DNA of 64,000 bases from Clostridia bacterium (GTDB taxonomy: Bacteria; Bacillota; Clostridia; TANB77; CAG-508): the NCBI GenBank assembly GCA_045537285.1, contig JAZSPC010000050.1, forward strand, positions 31,358 to 95,357. The letters are read 5' to 3'. The notes below the pieces were generated by a model that saw only the letters and a list, made by a program, of their open reading frames with translations, made no database searches and was not told where the DNA came from. Positions 56,118 to 64,000 of this stretch are shown piece after piece. The position numbers were made by a program, and so were the translations under genes. How positions within the stretch are numbered: the stretch's first letter is position 1; every line of letters begins with the position of its first letter.

Positions 56118-57122
56118 TTAAGTCTCAATACTTACGGCGTGAGCTATTCCTGGAATTGATTCGCCTTGCTGAGTAGAAGTTGCATTTGTTAAAGCACCAG
56201 TGGCAACTAATAGTATTTTCTTTAATTTTTTTGATTTTAATTGTTCAAATAGATACCCAGAAAAAACGGTTCCACAACATGCGCATCCGCTACCACCGGA
56301 GTGAGTATCTTGAGAGTTTTTATCAAATATTAATACACCACAATCATTATAATTTGATTTAATGTTATATCCTTGTTTTTCAGCAAGGTCTATTACGATT
56401 TCTTTACCTATGTGACCTAAATCACCAGTGATAATTGCGTCATAATAACTTGGTTTTCTTCCGGTATCTTGAAAATGAGTTATTATTGTGTCAATAGCAG
56501 CAGGCGCCATTGCAGCTCCCATATTATTTGCATCTTTAATTCCCATATCAACTATTTTTCCAATAGTGGCATGAGTTATAAATGGTCCAACTCCATTTTT
56601 TGAAACAACAGCACTTCCAGCACCTGTTACAGTCCATTGTGAAGAAGGTGGTCTTTGATTTCCTAGTTCTAATGGGAATCTAAATTGCTTTTCAGCACTA
56701 CAAAAGTGACTTGATGCAGCGCATAAAGTATTCTTTCCGGCACCACCATCTATAAATATACTTGACATTATCAAACCCTCAACAAAAGTTGAACAAGCCC
56801 CAAATATTCCTAGAAATGGAATATTTAAATCTCTAAGTCCAAAACTAGAAGAGATACATTGATTTAATAAATCTCCTGCAAAACAATAATCTATATTTGA
56901 AGCTGGCAACTCGGATTTGGTAATAGCCATATTTACGGTTTCTTTTATAATTTTACTCTCTGCTTTTTCCCAAGTTTCTTCGCCCCAGAACTCGTCTTCT
57001 AGACATTGATCAAAGTATTTTGCAAGTGGACCTTGTCCTTCTTTTGGACCAACAATACAAGCTGTGCTTGTGATAGTTGGTGGATTACTAAATTTAACTG
57101 TTTGTTTTCCTATCTTTTCCAT
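56118..57122 (-). CDS. spoVAD: stage V sporulation protein AD (thiolase-like fold)
   Basis: 334 aa. Conserved SpoVAD sequence (FGACSTF, HGGSGCACC-like). Confidence 0.85.
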   Translation of the reverse strand: MEKIGKQTVKFSNPPTITSTACIVGPKEGQGPLAKYFDQCLEDEFWGEETWEKAESKIIKETVNMAITKSELPASNIDYCFAGDLLNQCISSSFGLRDLNIPFLGIFGACSTFVEGLIMSSIFIDGGAGKNTLCAASSHFCSAEKQFRFPLELGNQRPPSSQWTVTGAGSAVVSKNGVGPFITHATIGKIVDMGIKDANNMGAAMAPAAIDTIITHFQDTGRKPSYYDAIITGDLGHIGKEIVIDLAEKQGYNIKSNYNDCGVLIFDKNSQDTHSGGSGCACCGTVFSGYLFEQLKSKKLKKILLVATGALTNATSTQQGESIPGIAHAVSIET

Positions 57123-57187
57123 AAAATCTCCTTAATAAAAATAAATAGTAGTAAATATAAAACTTAAAATCTTACATATAGTATTTT

Positions 57188-57631
57188 TTAATTGAAAATG
57201 AAATAAATAATTCCAACTACTATTGAAGATGAAATTCCATATACAAGTACGGGCCCGGCCACTGTAAACATTTTAGCTCCAACCCCCATTACATAACCTT
57301 CGGATTTGTATTCCATGGCGGGAGAAACAATAGAGTTAGCAAAACCTGTTATTGGAATTAAAGAACCAGCTCCCGCAAATTTTCCTATTTTATTAAAACA
57401 ATTTAAACCAGTTAAGAAAGCGCTTATACCTATTAAAACTATGGATACAATAGTTCCTGAAATTTGTGTATCTAATCCTTGTGATTTACAATATGAATTT
57501 ATTAACTGACCTATAACACATATTAAACCACCAACCCAAAATGCATTAAAACAATTTTTGAGAATAGGGGAATTAGGTGTTTTTTGATCAACATAATCTT
57601 GATAATCCTTTTTTGTATCTTGTGGATTCAT
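57188..57631 (-). CDS. spoVAC: stage V sporulation protein AC
   Basis: Conserved SpoVAC TM protein. Start at internal MNPQD with GGAGG RBS. Confidence 0.8.
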   Translation of the reverse strand: MNPQDTKKDYQDYVDQKTPNSPILKNCFNAFWVGGLICVIGQLINSYCKSQGLDTQISGTIVSIVLIGISAFLTGLNCFNKIGKFAGAGSLIPITGFANSIVSPAMEYKSEGYVMGVGAKMFTVAGPVLVYGISSSIVVGIIYFIFN

Positions 57632-57641
57632 AATTTCCTCC

Positions 57642-57854
57642 TTATAATCTATTTTCGTCAACAATAAAACTTAAATCTATATCAACAAAGTATTCTGATA
57701 TTTGATTGTTTATAATATTAGCTCTTTGCTCTAAAACCTTTATTTCTGAAATGAAATCGATTGTTTTAGAAACCTCATTAATAGCTTTTAAAGTAGCGTC
57801 TTTCCAAGAAATATTTGAAATTCCTGTTATTATTAAATGCTTTTTTGTGCTCAT
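57642..57854 (-). CDS. dodecin-family small protein, first gene of the spoVA transcription unit
   Basis: 71 aa. L.ITG.S..SW.DA...AI...S.TI..I..I.V.E...I.N..I.EY.V....SFIV pattern typical of dodecin. GGAGG RBS. Confidence 0.5.
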   Translation of the reverse strand: MSTKKHLIITGISNISWKDATLKAINEVSKTIDFISEIKVLEQRANIINNQISEYFVDIDLSFIVDENRL

Positions 57855-58139
57855 AAAAACCTCCAAATTTGAAAAAAATATTACTAGTATAATTTCCTTT
57901 AAGAGTTTTTTTATACAAAAAAATAATGTTTTTAAAAATATACGGAAACAAATATTACAGAAATATTACAATAAGGTTATTTTTATATTACAATTAAGAA
58001 GAACATATTGACTTTTTTGGGTAAAATTATAAAATATATATGAAAAATTTACAAAAAAATAAAATTTATTCAAGTATGAAAATTGTATAATTATGAAAAA
58101 TAAGTTATATAAAAATTTTACAGAAGGAGAAAATTACAA

Positions 58140-59735
58140 ATGCCAAGTTGCTTAGGATTGTATATAGAAGATAACTTAATAAAATATGCAAAAGTTTCAA
58201 AAAATAATGATGCATTAAAAGTTGAATCTTTTGGTGTTAAGTTTTATGAAAAAATAGGTACAGCCATAAAACAAATAGTAGAAGAAACATATAGCTTTAA
58301 ATTACCTATTAGTATAAATACTACTGATGAATGGTATAACGAAATTGAAGTTTTTAGCTTGTTATCAAAAAAAGATATAGATAATGCCATAAAAACTGAG
58401 TTTGAAAATATATGCTATCTTAAAGATTTAAACAAAAACATATATGAGCAAAGATATATTTTTACAAACTCATATAAAGGTGATGAAAAGATTAAAGCTA
58501 TCCATATATCAGTTCCTAAAACAGCAATTGAACAAAAGAAAAATCAATTTACAGAATATAAAATAAGTAATATAACTCCTCTTAGTGTTGCAATTTCGAG
58601 CTTGATTAAAAAAGAAAAAAAGGGAACTGTAATGATTGTAAACATTGAGAAGGATACAACAATCACTAAAATTACAAATGGTACAGTAGCTGATGTTCAA
58701 ACATTAAATTATGGTTCACAAGAAATATTAGAAAAAATAAACCAAAAAGAAAATTCATATGCAAAAGCTTATGAAATATGTAAAAATTCAACTATATATA
58801 CAGAAACAGATAAAGATTTACAATACGAAGAAAATGAATATCTAGAAGATATAATGCCAACTCTTTTTAAAATTGTATCACAAGTTAGAAAAACAGTAGA
58901 TGAGAGTATGGAAAATATAGAAAAAATATATATCACTGGTACAGGAGCTGTTGTAAATAATATAGATATATACTTTCAAGATTATTTAAGAGATATTCAA
59001 TGCGAAATACTAAAACCAACTTTCATAAATAATAATTCTAAAATAAACATAAAAGATTATATAGAAGTGAATTCAGCAATAGCTATTGGAATACAAGGAC
59101 TAGATAAGAATAGCAAAGAAATAAACTTTAAAAATGAGTCAAATGTAGATAAAGTATTAGATTTATTGACTAGCAATGTTTCAGAAGTTAAACACTCAGA
59201 AATTGCTAAAAATGTTGGCAATTTTTTCGGTAGATTTAATAGGCAAATAGATATGCTTTCTATGACTTTTGTTATGATGGTTGTATTATATTGTTCAGGA
59301 ATGCTAGTTATAGATTCTCAAATAAAGAACAAAATTGAAGATGCAAACAAATCAATAGATGACACAAACGCAAAAATTGAACAAATTCAATCACATAATA
59401 GAAAGTTTAATACTCAAATATCTAAATATGAAACATTAATTACAAATATACAAGATTTAAATGATGCTAATTCAGAAGATAAAAGATATAGAAATACTAT
59501 ACCAAACTTATTAAATAATATAATGGCAGTAATTCCAAGAGGGGTTCAGTTAATATCAATTCAAAACACAACTGATACTCATATTATAATAAATGCTAGA
59601 TCAACTAGTTATCAAGAAATAGCTTATTTTAAAGCAAAACTAAAAACAGAAGAAATTCTAGAAGATGTAGTATCTGATACAGGGACTTTAATTGATGGTT
59701 ATTTAACTGTAACGATAGAAGGAGAGTTGCCATGA
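58140..59735 (+). CDS. pilMN: type IV pilus assembly protein PilM fused to PilN (PilMN)
   Basis: N-terminal actin-like ATPase-fold PilM region (LGLYIEDNLIKYAKV). Single TM at about residue 390. PilN-like periplasmic C-terminus. 531 aa. Confidence 0.6.
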   Translation: MPSCLGLYIEDNLIKYAKVSKNNDALKVESFGVKFYEKIGTAIKQIVEETYSFKLPISINTTDEWYNEIEVFSLLSKKDIDNAIKTEFENICYLKDLNKNIYEQRYIFTNSYKGDEKIKAIHISVPKTAIEQKKNQFTEYKISNITPLSVAISSLIKKEKKGTVMIVNIEKDTTITKITNGTVADVQTLNYGSQEILEKINQKENSYAKAYEICKNSTIYTETDKDLQYEENEYLEDIMPTLFKIVSQVRKTVDESMENIEKIYITGTGAVVNNIDIYFQDYLRDIQCEILKPTFINNNSKINIKDYIEVNSAIAIGIQGLDKNSKEINFKNESNVDKVLDLLTSNVSEVKHSEIAKNVGNFFGRFNRQIDMLSMTFVMMVVLYCSGMLVIDSQIKNKIEDANKSIDDTNAKIEQIQSHNRKFNTQISKYETLITNIQDLNDANSEDKRYRNTIPNLLNNIMAVIPRGVQLISIQNTTDTHIIINARSTSYQEIAYFKAKLKTEEILEDVVSDTGTLIDGYLTVTIEGELP

Positions 59736-60316
59736 GAAGTAATGTAACATTATTAATAATATTAATTTCAATTATTTTACTAAGTTATATTGCGGTTGAG
59801 GGAATAAAAATAGGAAATTTTGAAATATTATCAGTTGCTCAATTAATAGAAAGAAACGAAGAGTTAAATTATAAAATAAACGAGGCGAGTACCCTAACAA
59901 CTACTAATTATACAGATAATGTAAAAACATTAGAAGAAACGTATGAAAGGTATAAAATACAAAAACAAAAATATGAAGAATTAGCCGGAGTTACTAATGA
60001 AAAAAATGATGAAATTTATGAGACTAAACAATACGATATAGGCTACTTATGGAGAGTGTTAGGAAATTATGCTACAAAGAGAAATTTAAATCTTGGAATT
60101 CAAGTACAAAAAAATAATACAGGTAAAAGTTCTTATAATATTAATTTTACTCTTAATGGTAAATATGTAAATATTTCGCAATTTATAACTGATATAGAAA
60201 ATAATTCAGATTTATATTTCAGAATATATAATTTTAATCTAGGTGGAAGTGGAGAAGTAATTACAGCAACATTTACAGTAAGAAATATAAATTTAGATGC
60301 TTCAACTATATCTTAA
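59732..60316 (+). CDS. pilO: PilO-like bitopic protein (TM plus coiled coil)
   Basis: Overlapping start with pilMN. N-terminal TM then coiled-coil. Position after pilMN. Confidence 0.4.
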   Translation: MRSNVTLLIILISIILLSYIAVEGIKIGNFEILSVAQLIERNEELNYKINEASTLTTTNYTDNVKTLEETYERYKIQKQKYEELAGVTNEKNDEIYETKQYDIGYLWRVLGNYATKRNLNLGIQVQKNNTGKSSYNINFTLNGKYVNISQFITDIENNSDLYFRIYNFNLGGSGEVITATFTVRNINLDASTIS

Positions 60317-60349
60317 CAATATAAATAGATTTGATTTAAAGGAGATATT

Positions 60350-60748
60350 ATGAAAGGACAAGCAATAGAGATAATTAAAGACTTAATAGCTAGTATATTG
60401 ATTGTTATTAGTATAGGTATTATTTTATCAATTATATTTTATGATGATATTGCAATTGGAAAAGTTATACCGGTAGCTGATGAATATGCTTTAAGCGATG
60501 AAATGAAAAAAGAATTAGAAGATAGCAAATTAGATAGCGCGGAAGAAATAATAGTAAATTATTATATTGATGCATCTGATTTGAAAAAATATGAAAAAAC
60601 AAATCAATATATAAAAGGTAAAAGTAATCCTTTTGCAGAAATAAGTGAAAATGAAATTGGTAATAATACTGCAACAGGAGATAATAATGAATCATCAAAT
60701 AACTCAAATAGCCAAGGCGGTTTCTATGAAGATGATGGAACAAAATAG
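60350..60748 (+). CDS. hypothetical bitopic protein with MKG-hydrophobic N-terminus (pseudopilin-like?)
   Basis: MKG followed by a 25-residue hydrophobic segment. Acidic, N/S-rich C-terminus. Confidence 0.3.
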   Translation: MKGQAIEIIKDLIASILIVISIGIILSIIFYDDIAIGKVIPVADEYALSDEMKKELEDSKLDSAEEIIVNYYIDASDLKKYEKTNQYIKGKSNPFAEISENEIGNNTATGDNNESSNNSNSQGGFYEDDGTK

Positions 60749-60779
60749 TTTATAATATATTTATTTTTAAATAAATAAA

Positions 60780-60797
60780 TATATATATATATATATT
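60780..60797. repeat. (TA)8-9 dinucleotide microsatellite in the promoter region of the pilin-like gene
   Basis: atatatatatatatatat seen directly in sequence. Confidence 0.8.
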
Positions 60798-60823
60798 TAT
60801 AAAAAAGAAAGGAGAAAATTTAG

Positions 60824-61033
60824 ATGAGAGGATCAAAAGGTATAACATTAGTAGCTTTAATAATAACAATAGTAGTATTATTAATACTTGCAGTTGTTGC
60901 TATAACAGCTATATCAAATGATGGTATATTAAACTATGCAAGCAATGCAGCTACATCTTGGAATCAAGCAGCTGGAAACGAAGCTAACACAATCCAAGGA
61001 TATGTAAACTGGATGGCTAATGCTATAAATTAG
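60824..61033 (+). CDS. 69-aa prepilin-like protein with non-canonical class III signal (MRGSKG|ITLVA..., no Glu at +5)
   Basis: GGAG RBS. Short basic leader ending in G, then about 25 hydrophobic residues. Strong terminator downstream, as for major pilin genes. Confidence 0.35.
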   Translation: MRGSKGITLVALIITIVVLLILAVVAITAISNDGILNYASNAATSWNQAAGNEANTIQGYVNWMANAIN

Positions 61034-61053
61034 TTTAAACAAGTTTAAATAAA

Positions 61054-61092
61054 TAAGCATATGCGTTATGCGAATGCGCATATGCTTATTTT
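61054..61092 (+). terminator. strong terminator after pilin-like gene
   Basis: 11-bp stem aagcatatgcg/cgcatatgctt. Confidence 0.55.
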
Positions 61093-61144
61093 AAAAATTA
61101 GAAAGGAGAAATGTGATATTTAATTAATATATCATAATGAACCA

Positions 61145-61915
61145 ATGGAAATTTTACTATATACAATAATATTTATAATAGGTACTTTCTTTGGAAGCTT
61201 TTTTACATTAGCAGTTTATAGAATTCCAAGAAAGGAAGATATATTAATAAAACATTCATATTGTCCTAATTGTAATTCTAAATTAGGATTTTTTGACTTA
61301 TTTCCCGTATTTAGTTACATTTTTTTGGGAGCAAAGTGTAGATATTGCAAAAATAAAATAAGACCTAGATACTTAATATTAGAAATATTATCAGGTTTAT
61401 CTTTCTTAATTTTAGCTATTAGTGTGAAATTAAACGTAAATAATATGCAAAGTATAATAAATGTCGTTTTTTTATTACTATATATATCTGTATTATTTAT
61501 TATTGCTGGAATTGATAAAGAAAATATAAAAATCGAAAAATCAGTTTTAATATTTGGCTTTGTTATTGAATTACTATATATAATATATCAATATACATTA
61601 GATAATAGCAGTGTGTATCAATATGTTATGTATTTAAGCATACTTGTAATCGTACTATTAGTATTAAGAAGAATTCTGAAATCTAATGAAAATAGAAAAT
61701 ATATCTTACAAAATTTCTATTTATCTATATATATGCTTATTTTTTCTGGAATTGAAACATATATATTAACTTTGTTGTTAAGTTTATTAATGATTTTATT
61801 TTATAAAAAAACTAAAAAACAAAAAGAAAACAATATACCTTATGGATTTTATTTGAGTATAAGTAACATACTACTTATAGCGATATTAAATATAATAATA
61901 AATTATGTTATATAG
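61145..61915 (+). CDS. pilD: prepilin peptidase (A24 family, PilD-like), with GIE in place of the usual GGD second catalytic motif
   Basis: CPNC...CRYC tetracysteine loop, first Asp motif AGIDKEN, C-terminal IPYGFYL. The second motif reads FSGIETYIL. Confidence 0.65.
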   Translation: MEILLYTIIFIIGTFFGSFFTLAVYRIPRKEDILIKHSYCPNCNSKLGFFDLFPVFSYIFLGAKCRYCKNKIRPRYLILEILSGLSFLILAISVKLNVNNMQSIINVVFLLLYISVLFIIAGIDKENIKIEKSVLIFGFVIELLYIIYQYTLDNSSVYQYVMYLSILVIVLLVLRRILKSNENRKYILQNFYLSIYMLIFSGIETYILTLLLSLLMILFYKKTKKQKENNIPYGFYLSISNILLIAILNIIINYVI

Positions 61916-61927
61916 AGAGGAAAAACA

Positions 61928-62359
61928 ATGAAAACAAGAGATGATAGAGGATTAGCTACTGTTGATATGATAATTGCTATAATTGCTATAATGATATTTT
62001 CTTCATTAATAGTTTCAATGATGTATAGTAATGTTATGGAAAATGTAAAATTAAAGAAAGAAACATTAGCAATGATATATATAACAGAAACATTTGAAAA
62101 TGTAGGTATAGAGGATTATAATAATTTGACAGTTGGAAGTTATGAAGATATAACAAACAATAATTACGATAGTTATATTGAAGGTTTAATACCAGAAGAT
62201 TTGCCAGAAGATTATAAAGTGGATATTGTAATTACAAATAATCTTGAAGGTGTTAAAAATAATGAAGATATTTTAAAAAAAGTGGAACTAACATTAAATT
62301 ATGAAGTAGGAGAAAAAATTTTTAGTTCTTCAATGGAAAGAATGAAAATTAAGGAGTAA
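61928..62359 (+). CDS. hypothetical prepilin-like protein (MKTRDDRG|LATVDM..., Asp at +5)
   Basis: Short charged leader ending in G followed by a long hydrophobic helix. GAGG RBS. Confidence 0.3.
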   Translation: MKTRDDRGLATVDMIIAIIAIMIFSSLIVSMMYSNVMENVKLKKETLAMIYITETFENVGIEDYNNLTVGSYEDITNNNYDSYIEGLIPEDLPEDYKVDIVITNNLEGVKNNEDILKKVELTLNYEVGEKIFSSSMERMKIKE

Positions 62360-62361
62360 TT

Positions 62362-62802
62362 ATGAGAAAAAATAATGGTGTAACAATGGTCTCTCTTATA
62401 GTATACGTAGTTGTAATGACTATTGTATTAGGCGTTATGGGTTCTATTATAACTAGTTTTTATAATAACACAGATGCGGTTCAGGGAAATGTTCAAGCAA
62501 TAGTTGAGTTTAATAAATTTAACAGTTATTTTTTAAAAGAGGTTAAATTAAATAATAACCAAGTAGACCATGTGTCGGAAGATAATACGTATATTTTATT
62601 TAAATCAGGAAATTCATTTTCTATTTCTAATAATAAAATATATTATAACAATATAAGAATATGTGATGATGTACAGGCCCTAGAATTTGTATTAGAACAA
62701 GACACAGAAGATCCAAATGGAGAATATAGCATAATTAATGTGACGGTAGAATTTGAAAGTTTTAATAAATCTATAAGATATAAACTTGAAAATATTTATT
62801 AG
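62362..62802 (+). CDS. hypothetical prepilin-like protein (MRKNNG|VTMVS...)
   Basis: Same architecture as the preceding gene. Translationally coupled. Confidence 0.3.
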   Translation: MRKNNGVTMVSLIVYVVVMTIVLGVMGSIITSFYNNTDAVQGNVQAIVEFNKFNSYFLKEVKLNNNQVDHVSEDNTYILFKSGNSFSISNNKIYYNNIRICDDVQALEFVLEQDTEDPNGEYSIINVTVEFESFNKSIRYKLENIY

Positions 62803-62811
62803 GAGGAAGAT

Positions 62812-64000
62812 ATGGATAGAAGTAGAAAGATGCCTATTGGTGTTGAGTTGGTTAGAAGAGGTGTAGTAACAGAAGAACAAATAAATGCTGCAATAGAATA
62901 TCAAAAAACACATAGAAAAATGAAACTTGGTGAGATATTAAGAGAAATATCAGATTGCGATGAAAAAGTTTTAATTAATGCAATTGCAGAGATATTTGGA
63001 GAAAAGGGAGTTGCGTTAAAATATAATGATATAAAAATCAATATAGAAGACTATATTTCGCTAGACATAGTAAAAGATTGTAGAGCTATACCTTTTGAAA
63101 TTGAACAAGGTAAAATAAAAGTTTGTTTTTCAGATTCAACTAACAAAAACAGTATAGATAGAGTTAAACTATTATTATTAAACAAAGGTTTAATAATGGA
63201 AAAATATATTACTTTTGATTCTAATATTAATGCTATTATTGACAGCTTGGAAGGAAAAGCTAGTGAAGATATAGAAATGGCTAATGATACAATTAAACTT
63301 GTAGACTCTATTATAAAAACAGCCATGAGCAGAAGAGCTAGTGATATTCACTTTGAGCCGATGGAAAACAAATTAAGAGTAAGATACAGAATAGATGGTG
63401 AACTATATACAACAGTAGAATTGCCAAAAGAAAAACAAACACAAGTTATAGGACGTTTAAAAGCAATTTCTAACATGTATCAAGAAAAGAAAGAAGACCA
63501 AGATGGTAGAATTGTTACCTATCCTGATTACAATATACGTGTTTCTTCACAAAACAATATATATGGAGAAAAATTTGTTTTAAGATTATTGAAGAAAAAT
63601 CAAAACATAAAAGGATTACATGATTTAGGATTTCCAAAAGATAAAAGTATCCATGAATGTTTTGAAAAAAGAAATAGTATAACAATTATGGGTGCTCCAA
63701 CAGGTGAAGGTAAAACAACATCTTTATATGCTATAATAAACGACTTGAATAGACCTGAGATTAATATAACAACAATAGAAGATCCAGTAGAAATAAGAAT
63801 ACCAGGATTAAATCAAATTGAAATGGATTCAAAAACAACCTTTGCATCATCATTAAGAACAATATTAAGACAAGACCCAGATGTTATATTAGTAGGAGAG
63901 ATAAGAGATAAAGAAACAGCCGAAATTTCTATGCAAGCAGGACAAACTGGTCACTATGTATTATCTACAATTCACACAATAGATGCAGTTGAGGTTATTA
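62812..64000 (+). CDS. pilB: type IV pilus/T2SS assembly ATPase PilB/GspE family, N-terminal part (continues beyond window); MshEN-like N-domain
   Basis: Open frame to the window edge. N-terminal GSPII_E_N/MshEN-like motif (LVRRGVVTEEQINAAIEYQK). Walker A GAPTGEGKTT, Walker B DPDVILVGEIRD, His box TGHYVLSTIHT. AGGAGG RBS. Confidence 0.8.
   Translation, partial: MDRSRKMPIGVELVRRGVVTEEQINAAIEYQKTHRKMKLGEILREISDCDEKVLINAIAEIFGEKGVALKYNDIKINIEDYISLDIVKDCRAIPFEIEQGKIKVCFSDSTNKNSIDRVKLLLLNKGLIMEKYITFDSNINAIIDSLEGKASEDIEMANDTIKLVDSIIKTAMSRRASDIHFEPMENKLRVRYRIDGELYTTVELPKEKQTQVIGRLKAISNMYQEKKEDQDGRIVTYPDYNIRVSSQNNIYGEKFVLRLLKKNQNIKGLHDLGFPKDKSIHECFEKRNSITIMGAPTGEGKTTSLYAIINDLNRPEINITTIEDPVEIRIPGLNQIEMDSKTTFASSLRTILRQDPDVILVGEIRDKETAEISMQAGQTGHYVLSTIHTIDAVEVI

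Noticed and set aside
57855-57960. Sigma-G/sigma-F promoter for the dodecin-spoVA unit
   Set aside because: GTATA and CAT-like elements are present, but the spacing (about 10 nt) does not fit the forespore sigma consensus. Not called.

Overview
This is an AT-rich (roughly 27-30% GC) chromosomal segment from a spore-forming, Clostridium-like Firmicute, and almost all of it is syntenic housekeeping and sporulation genes. In order these are: yabG-veg-sipL; asnA behind a T-box leader; the hrcA-grpE-dnaK-dnaJ operon with CIRCE operators; rny-ymdB-spoVS; recA-recX; scpA; ytfJ; rpmE; miaB; mutS; a short-form metG; comEC; pgsA; clpE; htrA; fbp; rnhB; spoIIID; ylbJ; rpiB; tagO-like; trpS; obg; lexA; rpsI-rplM; infC-rpmI-rplT; spoVAC-AD-AE; and a type IV pilus/T2SS-like cluster (pilMN, pilO, pilD, pilB) running off the window end. 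No rRNA, tRNA or CRISPR arrays were seen. Several small accessory insertions interrupt this core.

- A type III toxin-antitoxin locus (ToxN/AbiQ-family toxin preceded by a promoter, degenerate direct RNA repeats and a terminator) sits between the spoVS region and recA.
- An ORF-free, GC-richer region of about 600 nt with its own promoter lies immediately upstream of a small 4-TM membrane protein; it looks like an OLE RNA/OapA pair.
- A GC-rich orphan gene sits between rny and ymdB.
- An ORF6N-domain gene islet with an in-frame stop codon is bounded by, and contains, three copies of a conserved hairpin motif.
- A GC-rich small cysteine-rich protein gene follows that islet.

Other oddities: an Asn/Asp-rich leader peptide lies between the asnA T-box and asnA; three genes are apparently disrupted (comEC, a helix-turn-helix (HTH) gene, ORF6N); and the pilus cluster encodes small proteins with non-canonical prepilin-like N-termini alongside a PilD variant. 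All calls rest on reading the sequence and recalled family signatures; no database searches were run.
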